Positions 24,524 through 39,633 of a DNA stretch of 64,000 nucleotides are shown one piece after another. The translations under genes and the position numbers were made by a program. The notes beneath the pieces are model-generated. The model was not told the origin of the DNA. It saw nothing but the letters and a program-made list of their open reading frames with translations, and did no database searches. Each line of letters begins with the position of its first letter. Position 1 is the first letter of the stretch. This DNA is from Octopus vulgaris. Taxonomy: Eukaryota. The stretch is from contig OX597820.1 in NCBI GenBank assembly GCA_951406725.2, forward strand, positions 68,944,001-69,008,000, written 5' to 3'.

Positions 24524-24927
24524 GGACTGAAGTTGAAGCCAATTCGTCATGAAGTTACTTCTTAACACACTACTATGCTTCAAGTCCAAAGTTCGGAACA
24601 TGTCCTACATCAGGTCGAATTACATTGCGAGCAACTATCACATAAAGCTTTTTGAGAGCCACTTGTATACTGACACAATTGAAAGCATTTTGCTTTCTCA
24701 TGCTATAATTACAATAATGAACGAATGATCGTTGATTCAACATAAAATATTATCGTTTCAAAAACAGCAGTATCTTTCTTTTTACTTTTCATTAGAATTT
24801 TTAAACGTTGATGACATTTTTAAAATGCTTGTTTAAATGAACCCATTTCAAGAAAGTATCAAGCGGGCCGCAAGATAAAAGTATGCGGGCGGCACGCGGC
24901 CCGCGGGCCTCAGGTTGGCCAGCTCTG
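24524..24927 (+). mobile_element. hAT (Charlie/Buster-type) transposon end
   Basis: Subterminal GCGGGCCGC/GCGGCCCGCGGGCC motifs, terminus GGTTGGCCAGCTCTG, followed by TCCTAGAT (Buster-like target with central TA). Confidence 0.7.
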
Positions 24928-25129
24928 TCCTAGATATTCTTTAATCCTATTGTTGTCCCTAATCTAGATGATTTATAATCAAATACAACCTAACCGACAC
25001 TATTCCCGCCACATACGGTTAAGTATAATCCGCATTTTCTACTCCTAAAACAGTCTTGATGTTTAGTTTGAGGGCGCTTTGGCTGGTAGTTCTGGCAGAT
25101 TGAGCGAGCACGTAGAGGCTTCCCTGGCT

Positions 25130-26493
25130 CATTTTGTGGGGTAGCAATAGTGGTGGTGATAGTCCTAGTTGTGGTTGCATTGAAGTGGGGGTGATGAAAG
25201 TGATAATGATAATGATGGAGATGATGGTGATTTTTCAGAGCGGAGGGAGGGAGTTGATGAGAGTTATGGCAACGTCGGTTGCGATAGCTGGCGGTGGCAT
25301 TGGTGAATATAGTGGTTGTAGTGGCAGCGGCGGCAGTGGTGGTGGAAGAAGTGATAGTATTGGTGATAGTGGTTGTGGTGGTGGTAATAATAACGACGAT
25401 GCTAATGATGATGTTGCTAATGGCCGTGTTGATTGTTGTTGTTTCAAAGGGTGGTGGTTGGTGGTGGTTGTGGCGGTGGCGTTGGTAGTGGCAATAGTAC
25501 TAATAGTGGTGATGCTAGAGGTAGAGTGGTGCCACTACGATAATGGTGGTGATGCTAATGGAGGTGCTGATCGCGGTAGTGATGGTGGCGGTTTCGATAA
25601 TAACAATGACGATGCTACGATAACGAGGGCGTTGAGAGGTTTATTCTTGCTGGTGGTATCGCGGCGGTGACAGTGGTAGCAGCGGTACTAGTGATGGTGG
25701 TGGTGGTGGCAGTAATGGTGAAGGCTGGTGGTGACAGCGATGGCGCTATAATACTGATGGTGTTGATGATAGCGGTAGTATATATTCGTAATGGTGACTA
25801 AGATGGTCGATAATGATGATGAAAGTGTGGCGGGGTCAATGACGGTGGTGGTGATGGTGACAGTAGTGTTCGTTAATAGTGGTGGTGGCGGTGGTTGCTG
25901 CGGATGTGAGAGTGGTCATAATAATAAGAAACAGTGGTGGTGGTGGTGGTGGTAACAGCAGCATCAGTGATGGTGGTAAGAGCAGTGGTGGTGGAAAGAA
26001 AAGAAACAGAAGTTAAAGCCTGAGAGGGCGTCGTTAGAGTAAGGGAGGTGAGAGTGGAGACAGTCATAATGGTGGTGGTGGTGGTGGTTGTGGATGTTGT
26101 GGAAGCGCTGGTAGGTAAAGTTAATTATGATGATAAAGATGGCAGCGGTAAATGCTGTAGTAGTTGTTGTTGTTGTTGTAGTTGCTGTAGGTGATGTTGG
26201 TGTTGACGGTGGTGGTTCTCGTATTTGTGACATAATGTTGGGCGAGGTGGAGATGATAGTAATGGTGTTAATGCCGGAAGATATGGTTGCGAGTGGTGAC
26301 GGCGAAGACGGTGGAGGTAGCAGTGCAGGTGTTGGAGGTTATTGAGATGATGGTGGTGATGGCGACGATAGTGATAATGACGGTGGAGGTGGCGAAGGCG
26401 TTGGCGACGCTGGTTATGGTGGCGATGGTGATGGTGGTGGTGGTAAAGCTGGTGATGGTGGAGGTGGGAATGGTGGTAGTACGGTTGCTACAG

Positions 26494-26527
<34 letters not shown>

Positions 26528-28560
26528 CACTGCCGCTACTGTTTTATTTGGTGAAGGTGATGATTATGATTGGAAAAATGAAGCGTTGACGCTGGAGGTG
26601 ATAGTGTGAGTAGAAGTGATGTGTTGACTTATATGCTGTTGATGTGGCGATGGTGGTTGTGGTGGTGGTGGTGGTGGTGGTGGTAATGTTGGTGGGTGCG
26701 GCAGTGATGGTGGTGATGGTGGTGGTAGTGGTTTACAGTGGTGGGAATGGTGGACGTGATGTGCTGGTAATAATGGGTGGAGGACCGTCGATGATGGTGG
26801 CGCTTCTGTTGACTTTGGTGATGTTTGATGTGGTGGCGGTTGTGACGATGATGGAGGCGGTGTGATGAAGACGGTGGTGGTGATGTTCATGATGGTGGTA
26901 ATAGTGATGCTGATGTTGATGATGATGATGACGATGATGGTGGTGGTGGTGGTGGTTAAAGCTGTGGAGCAGTAGCAGCTAAAGCCATGCTGATGATAGA
27001 GGATGTAACGTTATTGGTGGTGGTGCGTTGACTTTGGTCATTTTCATGTAATAGTGGTGGTGGTGGTGGTGGTGGTGGTGGTGGTTATGGTGGTGATAGT
27101 GGTTGTGTTGTTGGTGCTAGAAGCGGTGTTGTGGTGGTTATTGTCATGGTGGTTGCGGTAGTAGTAGGTTATTGTAATGATGGTGGTATTGTGTTGACTT
27201 TCGTCATTTTTGATGTAACAGTGGAACTGATGTAGGAGGTGGCAGCGGTAGCGATGGCGATGGCGACAATGGAGATGATGCTGGTATTGGAGTTGTTTTA
27301 GTTATGGCCTTGGTAGTGGTTGAGGCGGTAGCACGGCAATGTTGGCGTTGGTGATGGTGGCGAGGGTGATTGAGAGTGTAGGCGTTTCGTTGACTTTGCT
27401 CATTGTTGATACAACTGTGGCGGTGACCATAGTGGTGGTGGTGGTGGTGGTTGTGGTGGTGGTGGTAGTGGTGGTTTGTGGCGATATTAATTGTGGTGCA
27501 GGTTGTAGTCGTGATTGTAGTAGTAGTAGTGATAGTGGCAGCGATGCTGATCTTGGTGATGTTAATGATGATGGCGGCTTAACTTTGGTGATGTGTGTTG
27601 TGATGGTAGTGCTGATGATGGCGGTGGCAAAACTAGCTGCGGTTGTAGTGTTGGCTAAAGTAGTAACATTATTAGTGGTGGCGGTGGCAGTGGTGTGAGG
27701 GATTGTAACGATATTCAAGATAATACAGAGCGATGGTGGTAGAGTTGTTCTTGGTGGTGATTGTGGTGATGGTAGTGGTAGTGGTGGTGGGTTTTTTATG
27801 GTGTTTACGTATATTGTAATAATAACTGCACTGGTGTTGGTTGTATTTATGACTATTGTAATTGTGGTAGTGGTGGTGGTGGTGATGGTGGTGGTGGAAG
27901 CAGTGATGGAAATGGTGGTGGTAGTGGTGGTGCTGTATTATTACTGGTGGTCAGGACAGTAATGGCGTCAGCATTGATGGTGGTGTTGGTGATGGTAATC
28001 ATAGTGGTAGTTGTGATTGTTGTGGTGGAGGTAATATACAGCTAGAGATGGTAGTTACCAGTGGTGGCGTTGGTGGTTGCGGTAATGGTAGTAGCAATAG
28101 TAGTGGAGGTTGCTGTGGTTGTGGGAATGATGGTGACGGTGGTAATAGTGGTGGTGGTGGTGGGTAGGAATACTATTGGCAACAATGATTGATGACAGTG
28201 GTCCGTGGTGCGGTAACGTTGTTGTTGTAGCTGTTGTTCTTGTTGTTGTACTGCGTCTTCACTTCCTTCAGCCTTTTCTTCTTTCTCTACGTTTTTCTTA
28301 ATCTTGTTATTGCTATTTAGCCCGCGGGATTGCAATGCTCGAGCAGATCTTACGATCAAAGACGTTCCAGATATGACCATCTCTCCTTTTAAGAAGTGGT
28401 GGTGGAGCTAGTGGTTTTGATTGCGGTGTTATTGGCCGTGGGTGGTGGGGCCGATGGCTGTGGAAGTGGCGGTGGGAATCATGGTGATGATGTCATCAAC
28501 GATAGTGCCAAGAAATTCGGTAAGAGCGATGAGTGTGGTGACAACAGCAACGTTGTCAAA
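25130..28560. repeat. ~3.4-kb cryptic (GGT/GAT/GTA)n trinucleotide low-complexity tract
   Basis: Direct reading; only short broken ORFs in all frames. Confidence 0.9.
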
Positions 28561-28724
28561 GACATTTATGTGTGAAGAGACAAAAACAAATAGATAAAGT
28601 GAACAAAAAAAACAACAAAAAAACAAAGAAATTCTACGAAGCAGAGTAGAAAAAAATGTCTCGAATAATAATGAGAATATATGACAAAAGAAAATGAAAT
28701 TCTAACGAGAAATTGTTGTTGCGA

Positions 28725-29065
28725 ACGGTAGGTTGGCAGAAGTGTTAGCGCGTCGGACAAAATGCCTTGCGGTATTTAGTTACGGCCCTTTCCGTTCTTA
28801 GTTCAAATACCGCCTAAGTTGATTTCGTCTGTTATTCTTGCGGGGTTGACAAAATAAAATACTAATCAAGTACTAGGGTCAATTTAATTGACTAACCCCA
28901 CACGCTAAATTTGTGACCTTTTGCCTAAGTTAGGCCGAGGTCAACTTGGCCTTAGATTCTTTCGCGATCGATAAAACAAAGTACGTGCCAAGAACAGGGG
29001 TTGATGTAATCCATTAATCCCTCCCCATGAATTTGATTCGCTTGTTCCTAAACTAGAAACAATTA
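28725..29065 (+). mobile_element. Tandem degenerate SINE family C copies
   Basis: TTGGCAGAAGTGTTAGCGCGTCGGACAAAATGC head; two core motifs. Confidence 0.7.
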
Positions 29066-29709
29066 TCAAGGAGAAGAAAATGCCTTCCTGTAGTTGTTCT
29101 GTCCCTTTACTTTTTCAGTTCAAAACCCGCTGAGTCACATTTAGGGCTCAGATACTGGAGTCGATGTATTCAAGTAGCCCCTTTCTTTCAAAATTTCTTT
29201 TCATAATACTGAAATAACTTCGTGCATATGACAGAACCACTCTGTCGTGCATGTTAATGGACTTACTCTTGGCTAAAATGAGATACATACAATCTGGTTA
29301 CTTATTTATTCCAGGCCACCTTATATTCTACCGTCAATGTATTCGACATATTACATGTTTCAGGTGGTATCTGGTGGGAAGGTCTTGAAATATTCATTAT
29401 TAGGTTTGGGTTCTGCGCTTCTCAGCCAATGTGGTTCTCGTTGATTATCTCCACCCAAATCAGTTTTTTTTTCAGGTATTATTCATGTGAACACTTTTCC
29501 TGCCGTTGTCTTTTCTTTTTTTTTTTTTTTTGCTTTAAATTTCTTTTTACAATTCATACTATTCTTTCTTCTTTTCTCTATGCTACTTCAACATCTGTTT
29601 TATATTTCTTCACGTTCTTGGTGACAGAAAATTGTTTTTCTCATTTTATTTATTTATTTTTTGCTGATATTTCAAAAGTTTTCTAGTTTCATAAATTCTC
29701 TATTTATCT

Positions 29710-29765
<56 letters not shown>

Positions 29766-29849
29766 GAAAGAGAAAGACAGAGACAGACAGGCAGAGAGTC
29801 TATTTCAAATATTCTATAGTGCATTCTAGTAATAATTTTATTTTCCTGT

Positions 29850-30610
29850 CTAACCTTTCTAGGTTACTGGACAGTTCAAAATATTATAACTTACTGCTAA
29901 AGCATGCGGCTTATTAATGAATATTGCCATTTTTGCATTTAGCTTTGTTTTAATCAAAGAATTCAACAATATTTCATTCAAACATTTTTTCGCTTCTATG
30001 CCATGTCTTGTTCATTGTTACCTAAGTATTTTGACAATGTGATTACAGTAATTCTAATTTATATAGTATGGTATCAGTATTATTTCTTTATTCCTTTTCA
30101 AAGTTGTCGTAGCACATTTTTCTAATCAATTAATTTAAAGAAACTGTGTACTGTCTGCAGCAGTGTTTCTAGTTGGTTATCTTCTGCAGCGAACAACTCA
30201 AGGCCCACGATATACAAAATCTGGTCGATTGTCCTCACATAGTAATTTTATTCGAATCCAGTCAACTTTAAGATGTTAGTTAAAGCTTTTAGCGTCAGAC
30301 AGAAAAAGAGTAATGAGAGGAGGTTTTCTTTGAATAATCTGCCTCAATGAAGATAGGGGGCTCCTTATTCCCCGCAGAATAGTTTGTCATTTACTCATGC
30401 CGTGTTTAATATATCTGCTTATTCATTCGTTTATTCATGGCTAATTCTTCTAGGATTCACACTTTCAGAACATTATTAACAGCCTTCTGGAAGTCATTCT
30501 ATGCTGAACTTAGACTCTTCCTTCTTTTTCTCGTTCTGCTGTCTTTGGTTATGGATTGTAGATCAGTAATGACACTTTACAACCATATGAGCCTTTTAGC
30601 ATCTCTTCTA
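29850..30610 (-). pseudogene. Old R4/Dong-type RT relic
   Basis: Minus strand RKRRKSLSSA*NDFQKAVNNV and NLLSLLFFCLTLKALTNILKLTGF..ILYIVGLELFAAEDNQLETLLQTVHSF..EKCA, colinear with the RT at 19408-19680. Confidence 0.7.
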
Positions 30611-31680
30611 TAAATAAGGTAGATCATTATATATATATATATATATATACGTATCATTTGTGACACATTAGTAATTATATATTTACAGAAAGTAAGAATG
30701 CTGGTTGCCAGACTACAGATTTTTGGATGTTTTGTTTCATTTTAGCATTGGAAAATATGCGCTGTGATTTTGCCGAATTGTGGGGATAGCAGACAAAGCA
30801 CTTCTCAATTTTCACCTAAACTACTTTTTCTCTTCTACGTTCAAGTGCATGCAAGATCGACTTTGCTTTTCATCCTTTCATGCATTTGTAATATTAAGAC
30901 CAAATGAGATAACTGATTGTGGGCTCAGCCGCAAATGGGAAGCCTTATTTGCACGTCAAAAAATATCACTTTTCTCATATAGTCTAGTGGTTAATTATCT
31001 TGGTCCTCACTCAGCAGGCACAATAAGAAATCATAAAATGGTAAGGGATTGGCAAAATTGGTACAATCGCAGACAAAATACAATGCTTTATTTAGTTCTC
31101 AGTTCAAATTTCGTCGAAGTCAAATATTGAATTTTATGCATCGTACAATGTACATCAGTGACGTATATGGTTCGACATAATCGACTCAGCTTCCCAATGA
31201 AAAGTATGGAGATAGAAATCTTTATTATTATTACCATTATTTTGTTTCATAATTTCCATTGTCATTACTACAGCAATTATTGTTGCTGAAACTTGTTGTC
31301 GATTGACCCCTGGTCAATCAAGTCCAGAAGATATTGGGAGAAATAACGATGGTGTTATTTTACGTCTAGACTCACATTTTTCTATGTGTTCCAACAATAA
31401 TGCGAGCGATTATTTTTTTAAATGGGAAAAATTAGCAGCGAAATCAAAAGAAACGTTTCACATGCTATTCCCGAAGAAAAGAAAAATTCTTATTCGCAAT
31501 TGATGCTTCAACATAATGCTACTAAGACAGCGACATACCGGGTTATCATTCCGGCATGGATGAAGAACTATGCAAGACATGGATCGCATTGTGCAAGTGT
31601 GTGTGTCTATGTAGAAGTGTGGAGCAGGTTTTGTGAGAGGGTGAGTGAATGCATATGTGTATGTGTATATACATACGTGC

Positions 31681-31713
<33 letters not shown>

Positions 31714-31750
31714 TGTATGTATGTATATATATGCACACATACATAGATAC

Positions 31751-31803
<53 letters not shown>

Positions 31804-31870
31804 CATATACTTATGTAAATACGTATTCTATTAGCAGATATACGCATATATACATTTAGATATTTATGTA

Positions 31871-31927
<57 letters not shown>

Positions 31928-32401
31928 GTGTGTCTGTGTTTGTGAGTGTGTGCATGTAAATGTGTAAGTGTTTATATATATATATATATATATATACGCA
32001 TGTTAATGTAGATAGACCTGTATTCGTATATACACATTCATCTATACAGGCACACTTATATAACTAAAGGAACACGCTAAGTAAAATATGTGGAGTATTG
32101 TGTTCAATAAGCAGATTTATCTATTGAAAACTTCTATTACAATGAATGCTGTGTCGCAGCATGTTGTTACATAAATCCTAATCGATTACAATAGAAGATA
32201 TTTTACTTTTCTAATACCTTCACAAAGGAACAATCATTCACCAACGTTGTCGACACGGATATCAGATATGATATCTGTCTCTCTGTCTGTCTATTTCTCT
32301 ACATGGTTTTTACATGCATGCATGTATAAATACACACACACACACACACAGACACACACACACGCACACACACACATGTATTATGCATATATGTATATAT
32401 T

Positions 32402-32435
<34 letters not shown>

Positions 32436-32603
32436 AATATATCTGTACTATATATGTACATAATATATATGTATATGTAATATATATATAGAGAGAGAGA
32501 CAGACAGATGTGTATTTTTATGCATGTACGCTTCTGTTGATGCACGAATACCTATCTCTCTCTCTATATATATATATCTCCCTCTCTCTCTCTCTCTCTC
32601 CTC

Positions 32604-32642
<39 letters not shown>

Positions 32643-33236
32643 TATGATAATTAAACCAACTACTATATGTTTGTGTATATGTATGTATACATATACAAAA
32701 TACATATGTCTATACATGTAAAATTATACATACATAATTGTATATCATTAATTCGTGTATATATAGATATGCGTGTGTGTATGGAAATATGCATATTATG
32801 CCTGTCTAAGTAAGTGTGTGTGCATACATTTACGCACGCATGCATGTGTGCATGTAACTGTAAATCTCCGAATCTCTAATAGCATTTTTATTAATTTATT
32901 TTCCTTAGAAAATAAATAAATGCTTACAATATAAACTTAGTTTTCCATAGAAATATTTAAATGAAGCAAATAATGGCATATTAATTTCTATTATTTGTTT
33001 CATGTAATTATGTATAATTATATATAAAATACACAATTTCTTTTGTGGCAATTATACTTTGAAATATTAGCTTATGGAATAGTGAAGAAGATCTGTAGGA
33101 AATATAGAGAAATATTTTCAAAAACGGAAATATATCCAAATCTACAATTTTGGTATTGTCAGATTCTTACTTCCTATTATTTCTTTGATTCACGGTAATT
33201 ATGCTACAGAAGATGATGTTGATGATGAGGTTGCTA

Positions 33237-33267
<31 letters not shown>

Positions 33268-34776
33268 CGACATCGGTGGGGATAGTGAAGATGATGTTGA
33301 TTATATTGTTCTTGCTGTTGTTTAGTACATGTCAATTCTCTTTAATTCCATCTATGATCAATATGAGTCCATACCGTGACCATTACACCTTCCTGTGTTT
33401 AAAAAATAATGTATCTTAGTCCATCATATAATAATGTATATAATTTTTTTCTTTCTGCTTAGTCGCCTGGCGCGCCCTGTCTGAAATGACCTATGGTTAA
33501 AAGCATTCCAGCTATGACTCTTTTTGTCTCATTTTCCACAGTAATATCTTATGTAGCACTGCATTAAGCATCCAGTATGTCCATTCCTCTTTAAGATTCA
33601 TACTTGTGTGAGAACTGGTTGTTATTTTTTGCATATTAAGTAGCTATGCAGGCTCTCCCTCGTTTTCTAATATATACAATTCTTATAGTACTTCTTGTAC
33701 TATGAGGGTAACATTGTGTAGAGCTATGATCAAAGGCGTTTTTGGTGTGACCAACCCATTTTTAGTTCAATCTCAACGTTTGCCCGTGTAAAACAGTAGA
33801 CTACAAAAGTGGATACACTGCACCATGCTTTCTAAGGGGAGTATCTAAGGGCTGCTATATCTAGCTTGCTGTCAGCGTATAAATTGCAAAGTGTTTAATG
33901 TCAGAGCTTTAAAAGATCGAGAAAAGGGTAAAATATTAATAAGGAAAAAGTTTTTCTTAGCTTTTGCTGGTGCACAGAACAAAGAAGTACATTTTATAGC
34001 AACTTGTGATGTTCATAGCTATTTTGCAATAAAACAAATGTACGAGTTTCTTGAAAGAAGGAGCAGAGAGTGGAAAATATATCCCATATTCTGTGATTCT
34101 GCAGAGAGAGATATACCTCATCACTTATGAGTGAATCGTTTCGACATGCTAGAAATAACTGCTAAGTAAACATCACATAACACTTTAAAAAATTGGAATT
34201 ATTTATTCCTAAAACAGGAAAAGAATGCTTCGGCCATGGGCAGGACGTCCTTGACCGTAGGTTTTATTCGAACAAGGTACATTTCAAGAATTATACGAGA
34301 ATACATTTATTACAAATTACTCCATCATTGTTCCATGATACCAACAATGAAATTATGATAGTAAAGAATCGTTAAGCAATTGGTTCTTTTGTTTGTCATG
34401 TATTCCAAAATATAAACAAATACCATCTTATTTTTTCATTTAGACATAATAAATATACTGTGAATATAGCTGTATGGTACGAGGAAAATTTAAATTTAAA
34501 TACAATTATTTATGTTTAATGCAAGAATTGCAGCAAAGAATTTTTATTTTAGAAGGAAAATACTATAAAATTAGCAATAATTTCCATGTAAAAATGAAAA
34601 CGTAAATAACGCTGATGTATAAAATTGGCATTATTTCTGATGAAAAAATTCATAAAAGTCGATTTCTTTTCTTATTATAGATTTATTTCTGAATTTTCTG
34701 ACTTCCTTTTTCTCTTTCAGAGGTGATTGTATGATATGTGAAACTCTCTCTCTCTCCCTCACTCTCTCTGTCTCTC

Positions 34777-34837
<61 letters not shown>

Positions 34838-35014
34838 CTATCTATACCTCTGTCTGTATGACTATATATATATGGGTGTGTGTGTATGTGCATTTCTAGA
34901 ATTAGAGATCGTTTTATCAGAAGCACTACAGTAAATAATCAGTAACTTGTGAGAGAATTATGCAACGACTATGTTATAAATTACATAAATACATATATGC
35001 GTGTGTATATAGTC

Positions 35015-35375
35015 TTTAATTCTTTTATGCGTTTATTTATTTCAGTCATTTGACTATGGCCATGCTGGAGTTCTGCCTTTAGTTGAAAAAACCAAACCCA
35101 AGACTTAAAGTTTGTAAGCCTACTCTTATACCATCGTTCTCTTTTGCCGAACCGCTAGTTTAAGGGGAAGTAAATACACCAACATCGGTTACCAAATGAT
35201 AGAGGGATAACGAGAAACAAAACAGAAACATACACACACATACACACACACATACATGTATATATAGATATATATATACGACGGGAGTCTTTCAGGTTCC
35301 GTCAACCAAATCCACTCAAAAGGCTATATTAGAAGGCACTTGCACAATGTGCGCCAAGTAGTGAGAGTGAATCCG

Positions 35376-35378
<3 letters not shown>
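35015..35378 (-). mobile_element. Degenerate SINE family B copy
   Basis: TTCAGTCATTTGACTATGGCCATGCTGGAG...AAATCCACTCA. Confidence 0.78.
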
Positions 35379-35414
<36 letters not shown>

Positions 35415-35492
35415 ACATACATATATTTACGAGTAAATATACCCACTTGCTCACGCACATATAGTCTCATACTTATATATGTACATAAGTCC

Positions 35493-35543
<51 letters not shown>

Positions 35544-36209
35544 CTGTGCGTGTATAAACATCAATATATATACGCATATTTATATAACTATATACATAAA
35601 TATATATACATACACACATATATATGCATATATATGTATGTATATATATATAAATCAGTGTATATAGATATAAGTATATTGATATACGTGTGTATAGATT
35701 TAGGTATACATGTATATATAGATATGGGAATATACGTTCGTATAGTTATATATATAAATAGAATTATAACATATATATGCATATATATATACACACACAC
35801 ACACACATATATATATGTATGTATATATATATGCATATATATATACATATATATACATACATATAGATATAAACATATAGATATACATATATATATATAC
35901 GCATATATAAATATATATATATATACACATATATACATACATACACACGCACACATATACACATATATTATGGATCACGTATGAAACTTCTACAATTTCT
36001 TGCCGAACAAGGATACAGATGATTTATTTATAGTGATCAAATGTTTGTATTAACATACGCTCACTCATCCATGAAATCGGTGTGATGTGCTCAAGAACAA
36101 TACAACGCGAGATCGTGGGTTCAAAAACACACTACAACGCTTAGTCTCGGAATCGAACCCACGATCTCACAATCGTAAGTGCAACACTCTAAACACTAAG
36201 CCATATGTT

Positions 36210-36420
36210 TCATATGTATGTTAATCCCTACACATTTCTTCTTTCTCCGTTTTATTTTGTTCTCGCTGCATTTGTTTTTTCCTCTTAAAACTATCTCTGG
36301 AGGAGCGTAGGCTCGAAACGTCAATGACTTTTCCAGTTTTCTCGAGCGATAAATTAATACACCTGCTTGTCGTTCCTTCACCTGTCATTGGACGTTGTTT
36401 GCTGTAAATTTGAGCAATAT
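36210..36420 (+). mobile_element. Short pLTR-like element with decayed hammerhead core
   Basis: CTGGAG-GAGC-GTAG-GCTC-GAAACGTC at 36297-36322 (CUGANGA box shortened); ends in (TA)n. Confidence 0.6.
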
Positions 36421-36425
36421 ATATA

Positions 36426-36484
<59 letters not shown>

Positions 36485-36499
36485 GTATGTATATGTATG

Positions 36500-36545
<46 letters not shown>

Positions 36546-36629
36546 TATAAATGTGTATATTTACATATATATGTGTGCATGTATATATTCGTATACGTAT
36601 ATGTATATTTATATATAAATATACATATA

Positions 36630-37205
36630 CGCTGGATGAAATTCTTAGGTGGTCACTACGTGCTGAGTTTAAATTCCGCCGAGTTGAATTTGCATATCAT
36701 CCTTTTCGGGGGTTGATAAATTAAGTACCAGTTACGCACTGGGGTCGATGTAATCGACTCATCACCTTCCTTCAAAATTGCTGCCCATTTGAAGCACTTA
36801 TCATTATTATTGAGGCGACAAGCTGTCAGAAACATCGGCGAGCAGGACAAAATGCTTAACGGCATTTTGTCTGTATTTACGTTGGGGTTCAAATTCCGTT
36901 ATGGACTTTGCCTTGTATGCTTTCGGGGACGATAAAATAAGTACCAGTTAGGCAGTGGGGTCGATGTAAATGACATACCACTTCTTCTAGAAATTTAGTA
37001 TGATGGACAGCTGGGAGACTAGGTACCGCGCCGGACGAAGTGCTTAGCACCAATTTTTCCAAATTTGAATTCAAATTAAACGGAGGTTAAATAACGTTTC
37101 ACACTTTTTAGGGACGATATGACCTAGTCGAATACTGGGGTTTATATAGTCAACTAGAACCTTCCCACAAATTTCAGGCATTGTGATTATAGTTCAAAAA
37201 GCATT
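36630..37205 (+). mobile_element. Array of about three SINE family C copies
   Basis: Repeated AAATGCTTAG/TCAAATTCCG/GATAAAATAAGTACCAG blocks, partly separated by TTA runs. Confidence 0.75.
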
Positions 37206-37213
37206 ATTACGAG

Positions 37214-37261
<48 letters not shown>

Positions 37262-37380
37262 AACTACTACTACTACTAGAAGTAATAGTAGTAGTGGCAG
37301 TAGTAGCAATAGTAATTGTAGTAGTACTGGTAGCAGCAGGAGCCGTAGTAGTGGTAGAAAAAGCAGCAGCAGCCGTAGTG

Positions 37381-37411
<31 letters not shown>

Positions 37412-37589
37412 CAGTAGCCGCAGCAGACGTAGCAGTAGTAGTAGTAGCAGCCGTAGTAGTAGTATCAAGGGAAATAATTAGAACTAAATCAGTACTTCAT
37501 ACAAGTATCAAGAAGTTCAAAAGTCATACTTACAATATATTCTTAATTATACAGAATGTTATAATTATGAAGCGTGCGTATACAGGATT

Positions 37590-37609
37590 ACACATGCGCA
37601 TATATATAC

Positions 37610-37669
<60 letters not shown>

Positions 37670-38086
37670 CACACAATATATGTATAACTGAGACAAACTT
37701 GAAGTTTTATTGATGAATATGTTATTCTATACACAATATATATATATGTGTGTAAACTATCAATGTAGATTGTTATTGTCTTGATTTGTGACAGTGGGTG
37801 CGAGCATTTCCACATTTACAATATATAACTAAATACATACGCGTGTGTTCATGAATATGTACATGTGTACATGTGTTTATCTGTGCACACATACACACGC
37901 ATATATATATATATGTACAGGTAGAAAAAGATAGATGGGTTATATAGTCGGTATATTTCTAAATATTTGAATAGCTATACGTGGGGTGAATGTCTCTCAC
38001 TCCATTAAGAATATATATATATGTGTGTGTGTATAAATATTTATGCATGTATATAAACATATATATAAGTAAGTATATATGTATGT

Positions 38087-38125
<39 letters not shown>

Positions 38126-38241
38126 TATATAAGTATATATATACATATATATAAATGTGTATGCATATGTATATATACATGCTTGTACGCGTCATATATC
38201 TATAAATATAAATACATAAAAACATAAGCTTATATATATAT

Positions 38242-38276
<35 letters not shown>

Positions 38277-38485
38277 GAAACATATGTCTATATATATATA
38301 TGTATATATATATGTATGTGTGCGTGTGTCGTGTGTGTGTATATACATGTCTAAATATGTGTGAAAGTATATATAACTATAGTTATACATAAATGTACAT
38401 ATACATATCCACATACTTATATATGTGTGTTTATGTGTATACACACACACACACACACACATATATAAATATATATATATATATT

Positions 38486-38524
<39 letters not shown>

Positions 38525-39086
38525 ATATACATATATATATGCATGTGCAATGTTATATGTATGTATGTATATATGCTTTAAATATACATGCATATAGATA
38601 TATAATTACATATATACAAACATATATACATACATATATATACGTATTTATATATATGTATACATATATATATATACATATATATACAAACCTATATACA
38701 TATATACATGTATGCATATATACATGTATGCATATATATACATATAAATATAAACAAATGTATGTTAGTTTACATATATACACATATATATATACATACA
38801 TATATACACAGATATATATAAATATATATACATATATGCATATATATATATATATACTCATATGTATATACATATATATATACATATATATATATACATG
38901 TATATATACGTATATATATATAGATACGTATATGTATATATACATATATACGTACATATATATATATATAGATATGTATACATACATACTTTTATCCATA
39001 TACATGTGCATATATATATATATATATAATTTACATATATATATATACACATACATATGAAGAAGTTTATATATGTATATATATAT

Positions 39087-39124
<38 letters not shown>

Positions 39125-39468
39125 ATGCATATATATATACATGTGTGCTTCTATATATCACAACTGGTTCTTATGTCTATGAATTCTTATAAATATGAAA
39201 CATGTGTATAGGTGGTGGGTTTAGCAATAAACACTCCCAACCTTTCTCTCAAATATTCTATAGTGTATGATGACATATACCCAATGTAAAAAATGACCAA
39301 AGCATGACCCATTCTGTAAAAATAATGAGAAAAAAAGAAGAAAAAGCATCTATTTGATATAATGCAAATATTTGTTCTTTCAAAATTGATACGTAAGACA
39401 AAGCGTCTTTAAATAATTAAAAATCATTCAGATGTAAAATCAGTAAATTTACAACATCGTAGTATAAC

Positions 39469-39525
<57 letters not shown>

Positions 39526-39564
39526 CATACTTATACATGCATGTATATACATATATATGAATAC

Positions 39565-39600
<36 letters not shown>

Positions 39601-39601
39601 T

Positions 39602-39633
<32 letters not shown>

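Noticed and set aside
25134-25670. 178-aa Gly-rich ORF with an apparent transmembrane segment
   Set aside because: Part of the cryptic GGT tract; the Val/Gly bias is compositional.
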